DNA of 64,000 nucleotides from Planctomycetota bacterium (lineage in GTDB: Bacteria > Planctomycetota > UBA8108 > SXIK01). The translations under genes and the position numbers were made by a program. Shown here piece by piece: positions 31,439 through 41,304 of this stretch. The DNA lies in NCBI GenBank assembly GCA_965223265.1, contig OZ244999.1, forward strand, positions 576,001 to 640,000, given 5' to 3'. The notes beneath the pieces were generated by a model. It was not told the origin of the DNA and did no database searches. It saw nothing but the letters and a program-made list of their open reading frames with translations. Numbering within the stretch: position 1 is the first letter of the stretch; each line of letters begins with the position of its first letter.

Positions 31439-33336
31439 TTTCCTGGCGTAAATGTATTCCACACGCCCGTGTTGGACGTTGGAGAGTTTCCTATTGTCAG
31501 GTTCCCGTTCCGATGAATCCACAGGGTGTCGCTGGGTGCAGTGACTTCGGCTCCTATCTTATTCGACAGATTCTGGGCAACACCAGTAGGACAGCTCCCC
31601 GTTCCGCATGATAGTAGACGAACTGGTCCTCCAGAGTACCCTTGCTTTTTCATGAACGTCGCAAGTGAACGATGGTTCATTTTCACCCACTTCCCGTTGT
31701 GCAAAACGTGAAACGCATCGGAGCTGCCGTGGACCACGACATCGAAGACGCCTTTCTGAGGCTTCACCCAGCTTGCGGCCTCGGCTAGGTCGTCGCCGAG
31801 CCTGGCGGACGCCGCTACACAACTCTTCTTCCTCCGGTGCTTCTTTAGGGCGTCCCGGTACTCTCGATACTTCCTGAGGTTCTCTCTCGCGTGAGCAAGA
31901 TCCTCTGCGGTCTCAGCAGCCTTTGCGGCAGCTCTCCAGCGCTTTACTTGTCGATGAGCGAACTTGAGCGCGGGACCACTGCCCGCGCTGACGGCATGAA
32001 GGGCGAGAGTTTCGCCGGCTTCCTTGGCCACGTCCGCGGCAAGGTCGCGCAACCCTTCGCGGACTCCTGCGAGCCGTTCTCCGATTCCGCTCCCGTTGTT
32101 CATTCCCGCGCGTGCAGTTGGAGTCAGCCAATCGACGTTGTCCGAATTTGTGCGACTCCACATGTCCATGTCCGCCAACCCCATCGGATCCAGCCCATTG
32201 ACCGGATTCCCGCCAACATAAGCATAGGCATTCCCAGCATTGCCGGGATCGCCCCACACGCCAATGGGATCGCGGCTGACGAAGCGGCCGAGTGTGGGGT
32301 GGTACTGGCGCAGGCGGAAGTGGTAGAGCTGGGTCTCGAGGTCGAGGCGGCGGCCGGCGAAGAGGATGTCGTTGTCGTGGCTTGACGTGCCCGAGGGATT
32401 CTGAAACGACGCATCGAGGAAGGTCACTTTGCCGTAGGCGTCGTAGTCGTAGCGCTCGAGCACGGCTCCGCTCGCGTCGAGGAGCGCGGTGACGTTCATG
32501 TTGGCGTCTTGCGTGTAGTACTCCGGGTCGTCGAGTTCGTCGATGTCGCCGTCGGAGTCGGTGTCGCGCACGCGCAGAGCGATCGCGTCGATGTAGACTG
32601 GGTGGTAGAGGTACTCTTCCTTCAGCGTTGTCGACAGCACCGGGTCGGTCGTCGGGTTCGAGCCGCGATCGACGGTGTCTTTGCGCACCTGCACGACTTG
32701 CCAGCCGGCGCCGTAGTAGTACTCCCACACGTCCCAGTTCGTCGTCGCGGACTGTTTGGCGAACTTGCGAGTGCGCCTTCCGAGTCCGTCGTAGCGATAC
32801 TCCGCTATGACCTCGCCGGCCTGCTTGACTGCCACCATGCGGTCGAAGGCGTCGAAGACGTACTCGTGCTCGGCGACAGCCTCACTGCCCGGGATCGGCG
32901 CCTTGGTCGCGCTACCGTTGGCATCGAATTCCGGGTCCTTCCAGTTCGAGATCGCCGTCGCACTCGGCGGATCGGAGTGGTCGTTGTCGTCGTCAACCTC
33001 GTTGGCGTCGTTGTGCTGGCGCGTCTGCGTCGTCCAGCTCTGGCCGTTGTTGGTGGAGGTCTTGAACTCGGTCCAGTTGCCGAGCTCGTCGAACGTCCAC
33101 TCGGCCTTGTAGGTGGCGTTGGTGATCGAAGGCCCGCCACCGGTCAACTTGCCGCGGTCGAACTACGTGAGGCGGTAAAGACCGTCGTAGGTGTACTCCT
33201 GGTCGCGGTCGAGGTTGGACTGACCCGTCAGAGCAATGTCACGGTAGAGGCGATTGCCTGCGTCGTCGTGATTGTAGAGAAAACGATCCGCATCAGCGGT
33301 GCCGCTGCTACCGTCGCAGTAGTGACCCTTGATGCG
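31435..33336 (-). pseudogene. Orphan Rhs core fragment plus caspase/C80-like cysteine peptidase CT
   Basis: Homology to main Rhs from 33336 to DPMGL at 32176; in-frame TAG at 33163-33165; CT VVVHGS...VRLLSCGTG...VAQNLSNKIG. Confidence 0.85.
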
Positions 33337-33740
33337 TATAACCGTATATAACCGTATAACCTGTCCGAGGTTCGTTCTTTCGTTCTTTCTCCCGCTGCTT
33401 TCAGCTTCCCGGGTCATGTAGACAGCAAGGAATCGTCACAAATCGAACAAAAGAACATCGAGGTCAATTCGAGACGTGGCGCGAACAACGACCCTGGGAC
33501 GGGTTTCCGGGTTGCGGAAAACGACCCTGGGACGGGATTGTTTAAAACGACCCAGGGGCGGGCTTTCCGCCCGGGGATCAAAAACGACCCTGGGACGGGT
33601 TCGTGGGAACCTGGGAGAACTTTGACCTCGGTCGTTCATCCACTAACGACCCTGGGACGGGTTTTCTTTTCTGCCGGGATGAAAAACGACCCTGGGACGG
33701 GATTTCCAAAAAAAAAGGATTTCCAAAAGGATTTCCATCC
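33335..33740. repeat. Internally deleted Y1 element: stutter, left end, then right-end array of ~6-7 CGACCCTGGGACGGG copies
   Basis: CGTATAAC x3; GTCCGAGGTTCGTT at 33363; leader remnant to ~33485; cores at 33489, 33522, 33548, 33585, 33647, 33687; GGATTTCCA x3. Confidence 0.88.
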
Positions 33741-33753
33741 CGGTGTGTCCAAA

Positions 33754-34080
33754 CTATCCAGCGTTGATCGATGTAATCCTCCCGACCCCGATCACCCGGT
33801 ACGAATCCAGCAACTCGACAAGCTCGTCCTCGACAAGGTGCCTACGGGTCTTTTCCTCTCCCTCGAACGCTGGATTAGCAAGGCGAAGCTCCACGGTGCT
33901 GGATCCAGTGGACTCATCGAAATCGAGATTGATAATCTCAACATCTCGTCCCCCGGAAAGCCAATCGCCAACCGCTCTCTGAAACCGAATTGTTGGACGA
34001 AGCCCCACAACGGGATCGTGTTGCCGACCTCCGACTTCCGGCTTCAACCATTGAACGGTCACTGTGAATGTGAGGCTCAT
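33754..34080 (-). CDS. Cognate Rhs immunity protein, EF-Tu domain III-like
   Basis: FTVTVQWLKPEVGGRQHDPVVGLRPTIRF...ELLDSYRVIGVGRITSI resembles the EF-Tu C-terminal barrel; starts 3 bp after the toxin stop. Confidence 0.7.
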   Translation of the reverse strand: MSLTFTVTVQWLKPEVGGRQHDPVVGLRPTIRFQRAVGDWLSGGRDVEIINLDFDESTGSSTVELRLANPAFEGEEKTRRHLVEDELVELLDSYRVIGVGRITSINAG

Positions 34081-34083
34081 GGA

Positions 34084-37000
34084 TTAGTTGCCCACGACGG
34101 GCTTGATTCTGGGTTGGTCGGCAGGAGGGACGGAAAATCCGCCGAACCCGTCGATATCAGGGTCTTTGTGTGCCCGGTCGTATACATCCTTTGGTACCTC
34201 ACCCTCGACGATGTTCTTGTTGTCTGGAAAGTTCTTTCTGTGCTGTTCGGCACCAGCCTTGGTATCGGCGAACCACTTATCTTCCATTGACTTGCCCTCC
34301 GGGTGAGGTCGGAATCCGTGTTCCTTAATGTCTTTCAGTTCAGCGTCCGACACTGCCCGATATCCCTTCTTTCGAGCTCGTCGTAGCTCACATACCTTTT
34401 TCCTCAAATCCTTGACCGCGTCAATGAGCTTCGCGCCAATTTTTGTCAGCGGGACCTTTTTCAAAGCAGCGAGAACCGAAGCCGTTCCGAGCGCCCATGC
34501 GGCTTTCTCCTTAGCGGCAGCTTCAATCTCTCTGAGGTCATCGATCAATCCATGGTATTCCGAATGCAACAACCGTATAGCTCCAGCATTCGGACCCGCG
34601 AAGACGGCTAGGTCTAGCGCCTTATCCACCCACGGGCTCCACGCTTCCAAACGATCCGCTGCCGCACTGGCATAATTCTGGATCCTCTCGAAGGCATCCG
34701 GCTCGGGCGGCCCGCCACCCCCGCCTACCATCACGTCGTGGCGGAAAGTCGCCCGCAACCCCATCGGATCCAGCCCATTGACCGGATTCCCCCCAACATA
34801 AGCATAGGCATTCCCAGCATTGCCGGGATCTCCCCACACGCCAATGGGATCGCGGCTGACGAAGCGGCCGAGTGTGGGGTGGTACTGGCGTAGGCGGAAG
34901 TGGTAGAGCTGGGTCTCGAGGTCGAGGCGGCGGCCGGCGAAGAGGATGTCGTTGTCGTGACTTGAGGTTCCTGAGGGGTTCTGAAACGACGCGTCGAGGA
35001 ATGTTACTTTGCCGTAGGCGTCGTAGTCGTAGCGCTCGAGCACCGCGCCGCTGGCGTCGAGGAGCGCGGTGACGTTCATGTTGGAGTCTTGCGTGTAGTA
35101 CTCGGGGTCGTCGAGCTCGTCGATGTCGCCGTCGGAGTCGGTGTCGCGCACGCGAAGCGCGATCGCGTCGATGTAGACTGGGTGGTAGAGGTATTCCTCT
35201 TTCAGTGTCGTCGACAGCACCGGGTCGGTCGTTGGATTCGAGCCACGGTCGACCGTGTCCTTGCGCACCTGCACGACCTGCCAGCCAGCGCCGTAGTAGT
35301 ATTCCCACACGTCCCAGTTCGTCGTTCCGGACTGTTTGGCGAACTTGCGGATGCGCCTTCCGAGTCCGTCGTAGCGGTACTCGGCGATGACGTCCCCGGC
35401 CTGCTTCACCTCCACCATGCGGTCGAAGGCGTCGAAGACGTACTCGTGCTCGGCGAGAGCCTCACTGCCCGGGATCGGCGCCTTGGTCGCGCTGCCGTTG
35501 GCATCGAACTCCGGGTCCTTCCAGTTCGAGATCGCCGTCGCACTCGGCGGATCGGAGTGGTCGTTGTCGTCGTCAACCTCGTTGGCGTCGTTGTGCTGGC
35601 GCGTCTGCGTCGTCCAGCTCTGGCCGTTGTCGGTCGAGGTCTTGAACTCGGTCCAGTTGCCGAGCTCGTCGAACGTCCACTCGGCCTTGTAGGTGGCGTT
35701 GGTGATCGATGGCCCGCCGCCGGTCAACTTGCCGCGGTCGAATTCGGTGAGGCGGTAAAGACCGTCGTAGGCGTACTCCTGGTCTCGGTCGAGGTTCGCC
35801 GTGCCGGTGAGCGCGATGTCGCGATAAAGGCGGTTTCCGGCATCGTCGTGGTTGTAGAGAAAGCGGTCGGCATCAGCTGTGCCGCTGCTGCCGTCCCAGT
35901 AGTGATCCTTGATGCGCCCAAAGCGATCGAGGCCGTCGTATTTGCTGCCAATCTCATAGCTCAGAGCAATGTTTGCCGCTGGATAGGCAGCACTTGCCAG
36001 CTGTCCACCGGCGGTGCGCGCGTATCTCGTCACGACTGCTCCCGCGCTGCCGGCGCCGTTATCGCGCGCCACCTCATGCAGGCGATGGAGCTTGTCGGTG
36101 ATGCTTCCCGCTGTGCCGTAGAGGAGATGTGCCCTCTTCGGTTCGGCTGCGGTGTCGCCAGGGTAGCGGAGCTGCTGGAGGCGACGGCCGTTGAGGAAAA
36201 CGCCGCCGCTGCCAGAGTTCGACAGATCGTAGGCGTAGCCGACGGCGAGTGTGTTCGCATCCACACCGCCGAAGTGCTCCTCCCACACCGTGGTCAGCGC
36301 CGAGGCGTCGTCGTAGTCGTAGTTCACCTCACTGTCGACGGGGTTGTTTGGCGTCTCCGAGCCGCCGGCAACCAGATAGCTCGTGATGCTCTCCAAGCGA
36401 ACCAGGCCATCGTAGGTGCGCTCGATCGACCTGATACGGTTGTCGACGTTCGCACCGAGCGTTGTCACATCGACGCGTTTGAAAAGGCGTCGATCGTTCG
36501 TGTAGGTGTAGTCAAGGACGGTGCCGTTTTGGTCGGTGCGCCGCGTCAGCGCGCCGTCGTCGGCGTATTCGAAGAGCACCTCGTTCGCACCCGCAGGCAG
36601 GTTGTCGGCGTAGGTGATCTTGGTTGCGAGCAGGGCGTAGACCGAGTGCGCGTAGGTGTACGACGTCACCTGATCCGTCCCTGAAGTCACCGCCGTGCGC
36701 GAGGTCACGCTCAGATCGTCGTAGGCGATCTGTGAGATGCGGCCGATACCGCCAGCGCCGGCGTCGGCAGTCACCTGCGTTGTGCGGCCGAAGTCGTCGT
36801 ACTGAAACGTGGATTCCTTGCCTGCGACGTCGATCACTTTCGAAATCCGAGCCGCAGCGTCATACTCGTAGCGACTGACGAGCATGCTCGCGTCGCTTGC
36901 CGTCGGTTCGCTCGACGGCCGTGCCGGAAGCGGCGCGTGAGTCCAGTCATCACCGCTGTCGCCCGACCCGAAGTAGGCGATCGTGCTCAGGAGCTCGGCG

Positions 37001-40000
37001 GTCTGGTCGGTCGTCGACTGGTCGGTCGGGTAGTGCCAGAAGTAGGTCGTCTCGAAGACGAAGTTGTCTGCGGTGACGTCGATTCCACTTTCTCCATCGT
37101 AGGCATCCAGTGAATGAACAGAGGTCACTGTGCCATCGCCGGCGTGCACAACGTGCGAGATCGTCAGCGCGTTTTTGACTGTTCCCGCGGTCCACGTGCT
37201 CGGGTCCGGATTGACGTTCGGCTCGGGGTCGACGTACTGAAAGGCGCCGTTGCCGTCGTACTTCGTCGTTTGTAGCGCCGTGACGAGTCGGCTTTGATAG
37301 AGCCGCCGAGCGCCATCGTACGCCACTTCGGCGGCGGCGCCGTTGGTGCTCTCGCTTGCAACGAGAAAATCATTTCGGTTGTAGTAGCGCAGGCTTTCGG
37401 AATAGTTGCCCGCGCCGCCACTTGAGCCGACGACGTAGGCCCGCGTACGAAAGATGCGTCCGCGCTCATCGCGCTCGAACGTCGCGAGGCTCCGCCGGCC
37501 TGAAACCGCGTTCAGATTCTCGACGACGTCGTCATAGTTCGTCTGCCACGTCGGCTCGGTTTCATAGACAGCGCTCGCGGTCACTCTTCCCATCCAAGAG
37601 ACGTCGCGCATGACGTACGGCCCGATATCGTCCTCGGTGCCGCCGCCATCGTGAATCGGCTCGACGCCCCGCAGATGCCCCAAGTAGGTCAGGTGAAACT
37701 GAGTGCCAGTGTAGTTCGTGGCGTCGCTGAATGACTTGACTTTCGTCAGGCGATCGTCCTTTTCGTACGGCGAGCTGATGCTGCCGCCGTACTCATACTC
37801 GGTCGTCTTGGTCAGCGCCAGAGTCGCATAGTTCGCACTTGCGTTGTGAGAGCTGTCGCTGACTGCCGTGTGCACCTCGGTCAGGTTGTCGCGCGCGTCG
37901 TAGACGTATTTGGTGACCTGTTCGACGCCAAGACCCTCGTCGCGGGTCGAACTGATCACGTACTCCGTCCTACCGATCTCGTCGTAGAAAAACATCGTAC
38001 GACTGTAGTTCGCGGCGGTGCCGAGTGACCGCGTCGTCCCCGCCGGGATGTCGTAGTAGGAGTCCACCGACTCCAGCTCACCTCCCACGGCGTCGTAGTT
38101 GAAATGAGTCCATGTGAGATAGTCGTTTTGGTTCTCGAGGTTCGTGACGTCGATCGGCAATGCACCACTGAGCTTTATCGACGTCGTCGTCGCCATCGTG
38201 AACGAGTCTACAGGTCTCCCAGCACTGTCGGTTTTCGCCACGATGATCGGGCGCCGCGGTGTGTTGTCGTCGTCATCCCAGTGAGTGAAGTGCATCGTCG
38301 TGTTCTTTTTATAGCCGACGAAGTGCTGACGCCCCCCAGCGTCGACCGACTCGCGCAGTCTGCCCATGAAGTCGTAGAAGTACTTCGTCTTCGCCTCGAC
38401 TGCGGCAGGTAGGTGCGTTGAGCGTTCGAACCCCGCTGGCACCGATCCCGACCAGCCGACTTGGTGGCTGTTGTCCGTCGTGATCTCCAGGTCGCTGGCG
38501 ACGGTCGTGGTGTCGACGTCGGTGACGACGAGCGCCGAGCCGCCCATCTCGGGATGATAGGAGTAGTAGTTCACAGAACCTTCGCCGTCCTTCGTCCAGC
38601 GCAGCCGCCCGAGCTCGTCGTAGTAGACGAGCGTCTCTGTGCGCTGACCCGAGCCGTTCTTGGTCGTCGACACCGCAGGCAAGATCGTCTTGACGGTTTT
38701 GACAGCGCGATCTGCCGTATCCCAGAAGGTGTATTCGTAGTCCGTCTTGAGGGCTCCTACCCCCCTGGCGGTGACCGGCGTCGGGTAAGCGAACCTCGCG
38801 GTGATGACGTTCTTTTCTGTATGGTCTTCCCCGACGGTATCGCCGTCGCCGTCGCCGTAGTCGGCGGAGCTCAAGTAGAACTCGTCGCCGCCAGTGCCGG
38901 CTTTAATCAAAACGTCAGTTGGCCAGCCCTTGGAGTTGTACTTGAACGTGTAGAAGAGGCCGCTCGTTGAGTGGAGCGTGCTCGTGTCGAGAGGATCGCT
39001 CAGAAATGTCTTCAGCTCGGCGTCCGTCGCGACGTCATGAGCTGAGGCGAAACGTTCCTCTACGACTCGGTTGTAAGAGAAGTTCGACGATGTGCCGGTT
39101 CCGAGCTCGATCGAGTAGCACCACACATTCGGTGGCGAGACGGTCGGGTCCTTGATGAAAGCTTCTCTCAGGAACCGATCATCCTTGTTCAAGCTCTTGA
39201 TGTAGCGCCGCTTGCCAACGTGATTCGCTGGCAGCGGATCAGTCACGTCCACGGTGTCGGCGACGATCAAGCGCGTCGCCTTGTTGAGATCGTTCTGCCC
39301 AGGCGGTGGGTTATGCGTCACGCTCATGTAGTAGTACTGATACTCGGCGCGGCCGGCGTCCGTTCCTCCGCAGCTCGAGCAGCTTCCCTGTTTGAACGTT
39401 TTGAGCATTCCTGTTTCGTTGAAGGGAGCGCCGCCGTACTTGGTCTCAAGGTTCTCACTGCCCCAAACAGTGCTGGTTCCCGAATAGGTGCTCTCGTTCG
39501 AGGTGTAGTAGGTGTAGCTCTCTTCAGCAAAAGCTTCGATTGTGAGACCACCTTGCTGCGTCGTCTCGTCGAGAAGAAGGACGTCTTCTGGGGTGGTGAC
39601 GCCTGTGAAGCCATGGGCGAGGATCCTTGCGATGGCGTTATCTGAATAGCGCGTCTTGATTTGGTGGTCGCCACCGTCGCTGCTGCCATCGCGGTAGTAG
39701 CGGTACTGCGTGACGTATTCGATCAAGGTCGAGTTGTTACTCTCCTTGACGACCTTCTTGACCTGAACGAGATCGCCAATGCGGCCAAGGTAGCTGATCT
39801 CAGAGTCGAGATTGCCTTGGTCGAGCAGGTCGCCGTAGTAGGTGTACTCGACGTAGCGAATCGGATTCGTCGTCTCCGAGTCGTCGAAAATCTCGATCTT
39901 GCTGACGCGCCCTGCAGCCGTCCCGCTCGTGTTGTACGTGTAACGGCGGGTCTGCAGGATCGTCTCGCTGGCCGTCCCCGGTCCACGTACGAGCTCAACC

Positions 40001-41196
40001 GTCTCGACTTTTTCACGCAGATGAACGCTCGCCGTGATGGGATGGTAATCGTAGCGAAACCTCACGCGCTGCGCCGGGTCCGAGTGACTCTCGCTGTAGT
40101 CCGTGCTCGCATAAGCGACCTTGTGCTGTGCAGCGGCCTCCGCCTGATCGCCGTAAAAGCCAACGACCGAAGTCGAATCGAGCTGGCGCAGAACATAGGT
40201 TTGGCTCGCACCGCTGCCCTCGCTACTGAACACAGCCTGCGTGTCATGATTCTTGGCGCGATACGTCGAGCCTCCCGCAGGGCTGAACGAGACGCGCGAG
40301 CCGTGCAGCACCAGGTCCGCCCCTTCGAACGAAATGGAGGTGGTCTCGAGACCAGAGCGAGAACCTTCCCCCATGATCTCTTTCTCGTCACACTTGGGTT
40401 CTGTTTCGTTGCCCGAGTCGTGAGAGCGGGCTACCGAGGTGGCACTATTAATGATCACCGGTGCGGTAGCGGAGAGATCGACGCCGGCGTTCAACATGGC
40501 GCCCGACGTCGACAGGGGCGGTGCGGGAGGCCGAGGCGGTTCGACCCGCCAGCGCTCCGCGTGGTCGGGAAGCTGGACGTCGCTGTTGCCGCTCCCGCCG
40601 GCACCTCCTGGTCCGCCCTTGCTTCCTGGTGTCAACCCTGCAATCGGTGGGACCGGATCGCCCGGCTTGATGTGGTGTTCGACAAACGGCATCTCGACAA
40701 CGAGACCTGGACTGCGCACCCCCTGGCTCGCACCAAACCCCTCCGAGCGACCAGACGCCGGACTGCCCAGATCATCCTGGGCTAGCTCCTTCGGCAACAC
40801 CGGAGAACCTGCTCCAGGAACACCCCAGCCGGTGAACCCCGGTCCGCTCGGAGGAGCCGGCATCGGACCGTATGCTGAGTGCGCTGAGTCGGGCGGCGTA
40901 AACGTTGAAATGAGACGATTTTCACCACTCAGATCCGTTCCACCGCTCAGATCTGCGCCGCCGGCCAAATCGAGTACGTCCCCGACGGTCAGATCGCCCG
41001 CATCACCGCTGAGCATCGTACCGAAGGCGTCTGACGGCGTTGACACCTCCGATTTCTCATCACATGGGTGCTTCGCGCGCTCCGCGGAATTGTCACACTC
41101 GCACGGCGGAGGATCGGTCGAAAACGCAGTGGAAGGCAGCAACAAAGCTCCGGCGGTGAGAATCGTCAGCCAGAAAATCGACTTAGCGGGGTACAT
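34084..41196 (-). CDS. Full-length Rhs/YD-repeat polymorphic toxin with signal peptide and ART-like CT
   Basis: MYPAKSIFWLTILTAGALLLPSTAFS signal; YD repeats; RQYHPTLGRFVSRDPIG...NPVNGLDPMGL; CT GYRAVS...SMEDKWFA. Confidence 0.92.
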   Translation of the reverse strand: MYPAKSIFWLTILTAGALLLPSTAFSTDPPPCECDNSAERAKHPCDEKSEVSTPSDAFGTMLSGDAGDLTVGDVLDLAGGADLSGGTDLSGENRLISTFTPPDSAHSAYGPMPAPPSGPGFTGWGVPGAGSPVLPKELAQDDLGSPASGRSEGFGASQGVRSPGLVVEMPFVEHHIKPGDPVPPIAGLTPGSKGGPGGAGGSGNSDVQLPDHAERWRVEPPRPPAPPLSTSGAMLNAGVDLSATAPVIINSATSVARSHDSGNETEPKCDEKEIMGEGSRSGLETTSISFEGADLVLHGSRVSFSPAGGSTYRAKNHDTQAVFSSEGSGASQTYVLRQLDSTSVVGFYGDQAEAAAQHKVAYASTDYSESHSDPAQRVRFRYDYHPITASVHLREKVETVELVRGPGTASETILQTRRYTYNTSGTAAGRVSKIEIFDDSETTNPIRYVEYTYYGDLLDQGNLDSEISYLGRIGDLVQVKKVVKESNNSTLIEYVTQYRYYRDGSSDGGDHQIKTRYSDNAIARILAHGFTGVTTPEDVLLLDETTQQGGLTIEAFAEESYTYYTSNESTYSGTSTVWGSENLETKYGGAPFNETGMLKTFKQGSCSSCGGTDAGRAEYQYYYMSVTHNPPPGQNDLNKATRLIVADTVDVTDPLPANHVGKRRYIKSLNKDDRFLREAFIKDPTVSPPNVWCYSIELGTGTSSNFSYNRVVEERFASAHDVATDAELKTFLSDPLDTSTLHSTSGLFYTFKYNSKGWPTDVLIKAGTGGDEFYLSSADYGDGDGDTVGEDHTEKNVITARFAYPTPVTARGVGALKTDYEYTFWDTADRAVKTVKTILPAVSTTKNGSGQRTETLVYYDELGRLRWTKDGEGSVNYYSYHPEMGGSALVVTDVDTTTVASDLEITTDNSHQVGWSGSVPAGFERSTHLPAAVEAKTKYFYDFMGRLRESVDAGGRQHFVGYKKNTTMHFTHWDDDDNTPRRPIIVAKTDSAGRPVDSFTMATTTSIKLSGALPIDVTNLENQNDYLTWTHFNYDAVGGELESVDSYYDIPAGTTRSLGTAANYSRTMFFYDEIGRTEYVISSTRDEGLGVEQVTKYVYDARDNLTEVHTAVSDSSHNASANYATLALTKTTEYEYGGSISSPYEKDDRLTKVKSFSDATNYTGTQFHLTYLGHLRGVEPIHDGGGTEDDIGPYVMRDVSWMGRVTASAVYETEPTWQTNYDDVVENLNAVSGRRSLATFERDERGRIFRTRAYVVGSSGGAGNYSESLRYYNRNDFLVASESTNGAAAEVAYDGARRLYQSRLVTALQTTKYDGNGAFQYVDPEPNVNPDPSTWTAGTVKNALTISHVVHAGDGTVTSVHSLDAYDGESGIDVTADNFVFETTYFWHYPTDQSTTDQTAELLSTIAYFGSGDSGDDWTHAPLPARPSSEPTASDASMLVSRYEYDAAARISKVIDVAGKESTFQYDDFGRTTQVTADAGAGGIGRISQIAYDDLSVTSRTAVTSGTDQVTSYTYAHSVYALLATKITYADNLPAGANEVLFEYADDGALTRRTDQNGTVLDYTYTNDRRLFKRVDVTTLGANVDNRIRSIERTYDGLVRLESITSYLVAGGSETPNNPVDSEVNYDYDDASALTTVWEEHFGGVDANTLAVGYAYDLSNSGSGGVFLNGRRLQQLRYPGDTAAEPKRAHLLYGTAGSITDKLHRLHEVARDNGAGSAGAVVTRYARTAGGQLASAAYPAANIALSYEIGSKYDGLDRFGRIKDHYWDGSSGTADADRFLYNHDDAGNRLYRDIALTGTANLDRDQEYAYDGLYRLTEFDRGKLTGGGPSITNATYKAEWTFDELGNWTEFKTSTDNGQSWTTQTRQHNDANEVDDDNDHSDPPSATAISNWKDPEFDANGSATKAPIPGSEALAEHEYVFDAFDRMVEVKQAGDVIAEYRYDGLGRRIRKFAKQSGTTNWDVWEYYYGAGWQVVQVRKDTVDRGSNPTTDPVLSTTLKEEYLYHPVYIDAIALRVRDTDSDGDIDELDDPEYYTQDSNMNVTALLDASGAVLERYDYDAYGKVTFLDASFQNPSGTSSHDNDILFAGRRLDLETQLYHFRLRQYHPTLGRFVSRDPIGVWGDPGNAGNAYAYVGGNPVNGLDPMGLRATFRHDVMVGGGGGPPEPDAFERIQNYASAAADRLEAWSPWVDKALDLAVFAGPNAGAIRLLHSEYHGLIDDLREIEAAAKEKAAWALGTASVLAALKKVPLTKIGAKLIDAVKDLRKKVCELRRARKKGYRAVSDAELKDIKEHGFRPHPEGKSMEDKWFADTKAGAEQHRKNFPDNKNIVEGEVPKDVYDRAHKDPDIDGFGGFSVPPADQPRIKPVVGN

Positions 41197-41304
41197 GCGC
41201 TTATCCTTGAAAACGGGTTCGTTTGGGTTGGATTCACGTTCGGTCGTACGAGGGTGCTGGGCCTCGGCTCTTTCTCGGGCGCTCAAGGCCCGCATCTCTT
41301 CGCC

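Noticed and set aside
30900-33740. Motif arrays as CRISPR
   Set aside because: Repeats are ~20 bp with short irregular linkers, no cas genes are present, and the motif is tied to Y1 element ends.
18400-33740. Classical integron
   Set aside because: No tyrosine recombinase and no recognisable attC palindromes.
33538-34290. 250-aa ORF with KNDPGTG repeats, and the similar KNEPGTG ORF at 30860-31114
   Set aside because: They are translations of the DNA motif arrays and run antisense to real genes.
22833-35920. Three near-identical Rhs cores as a diversity-generating retroelement TR/VR set
   Set aside because: No reverse transcriptase; differences are mostly synonymous and not adenine-specific.
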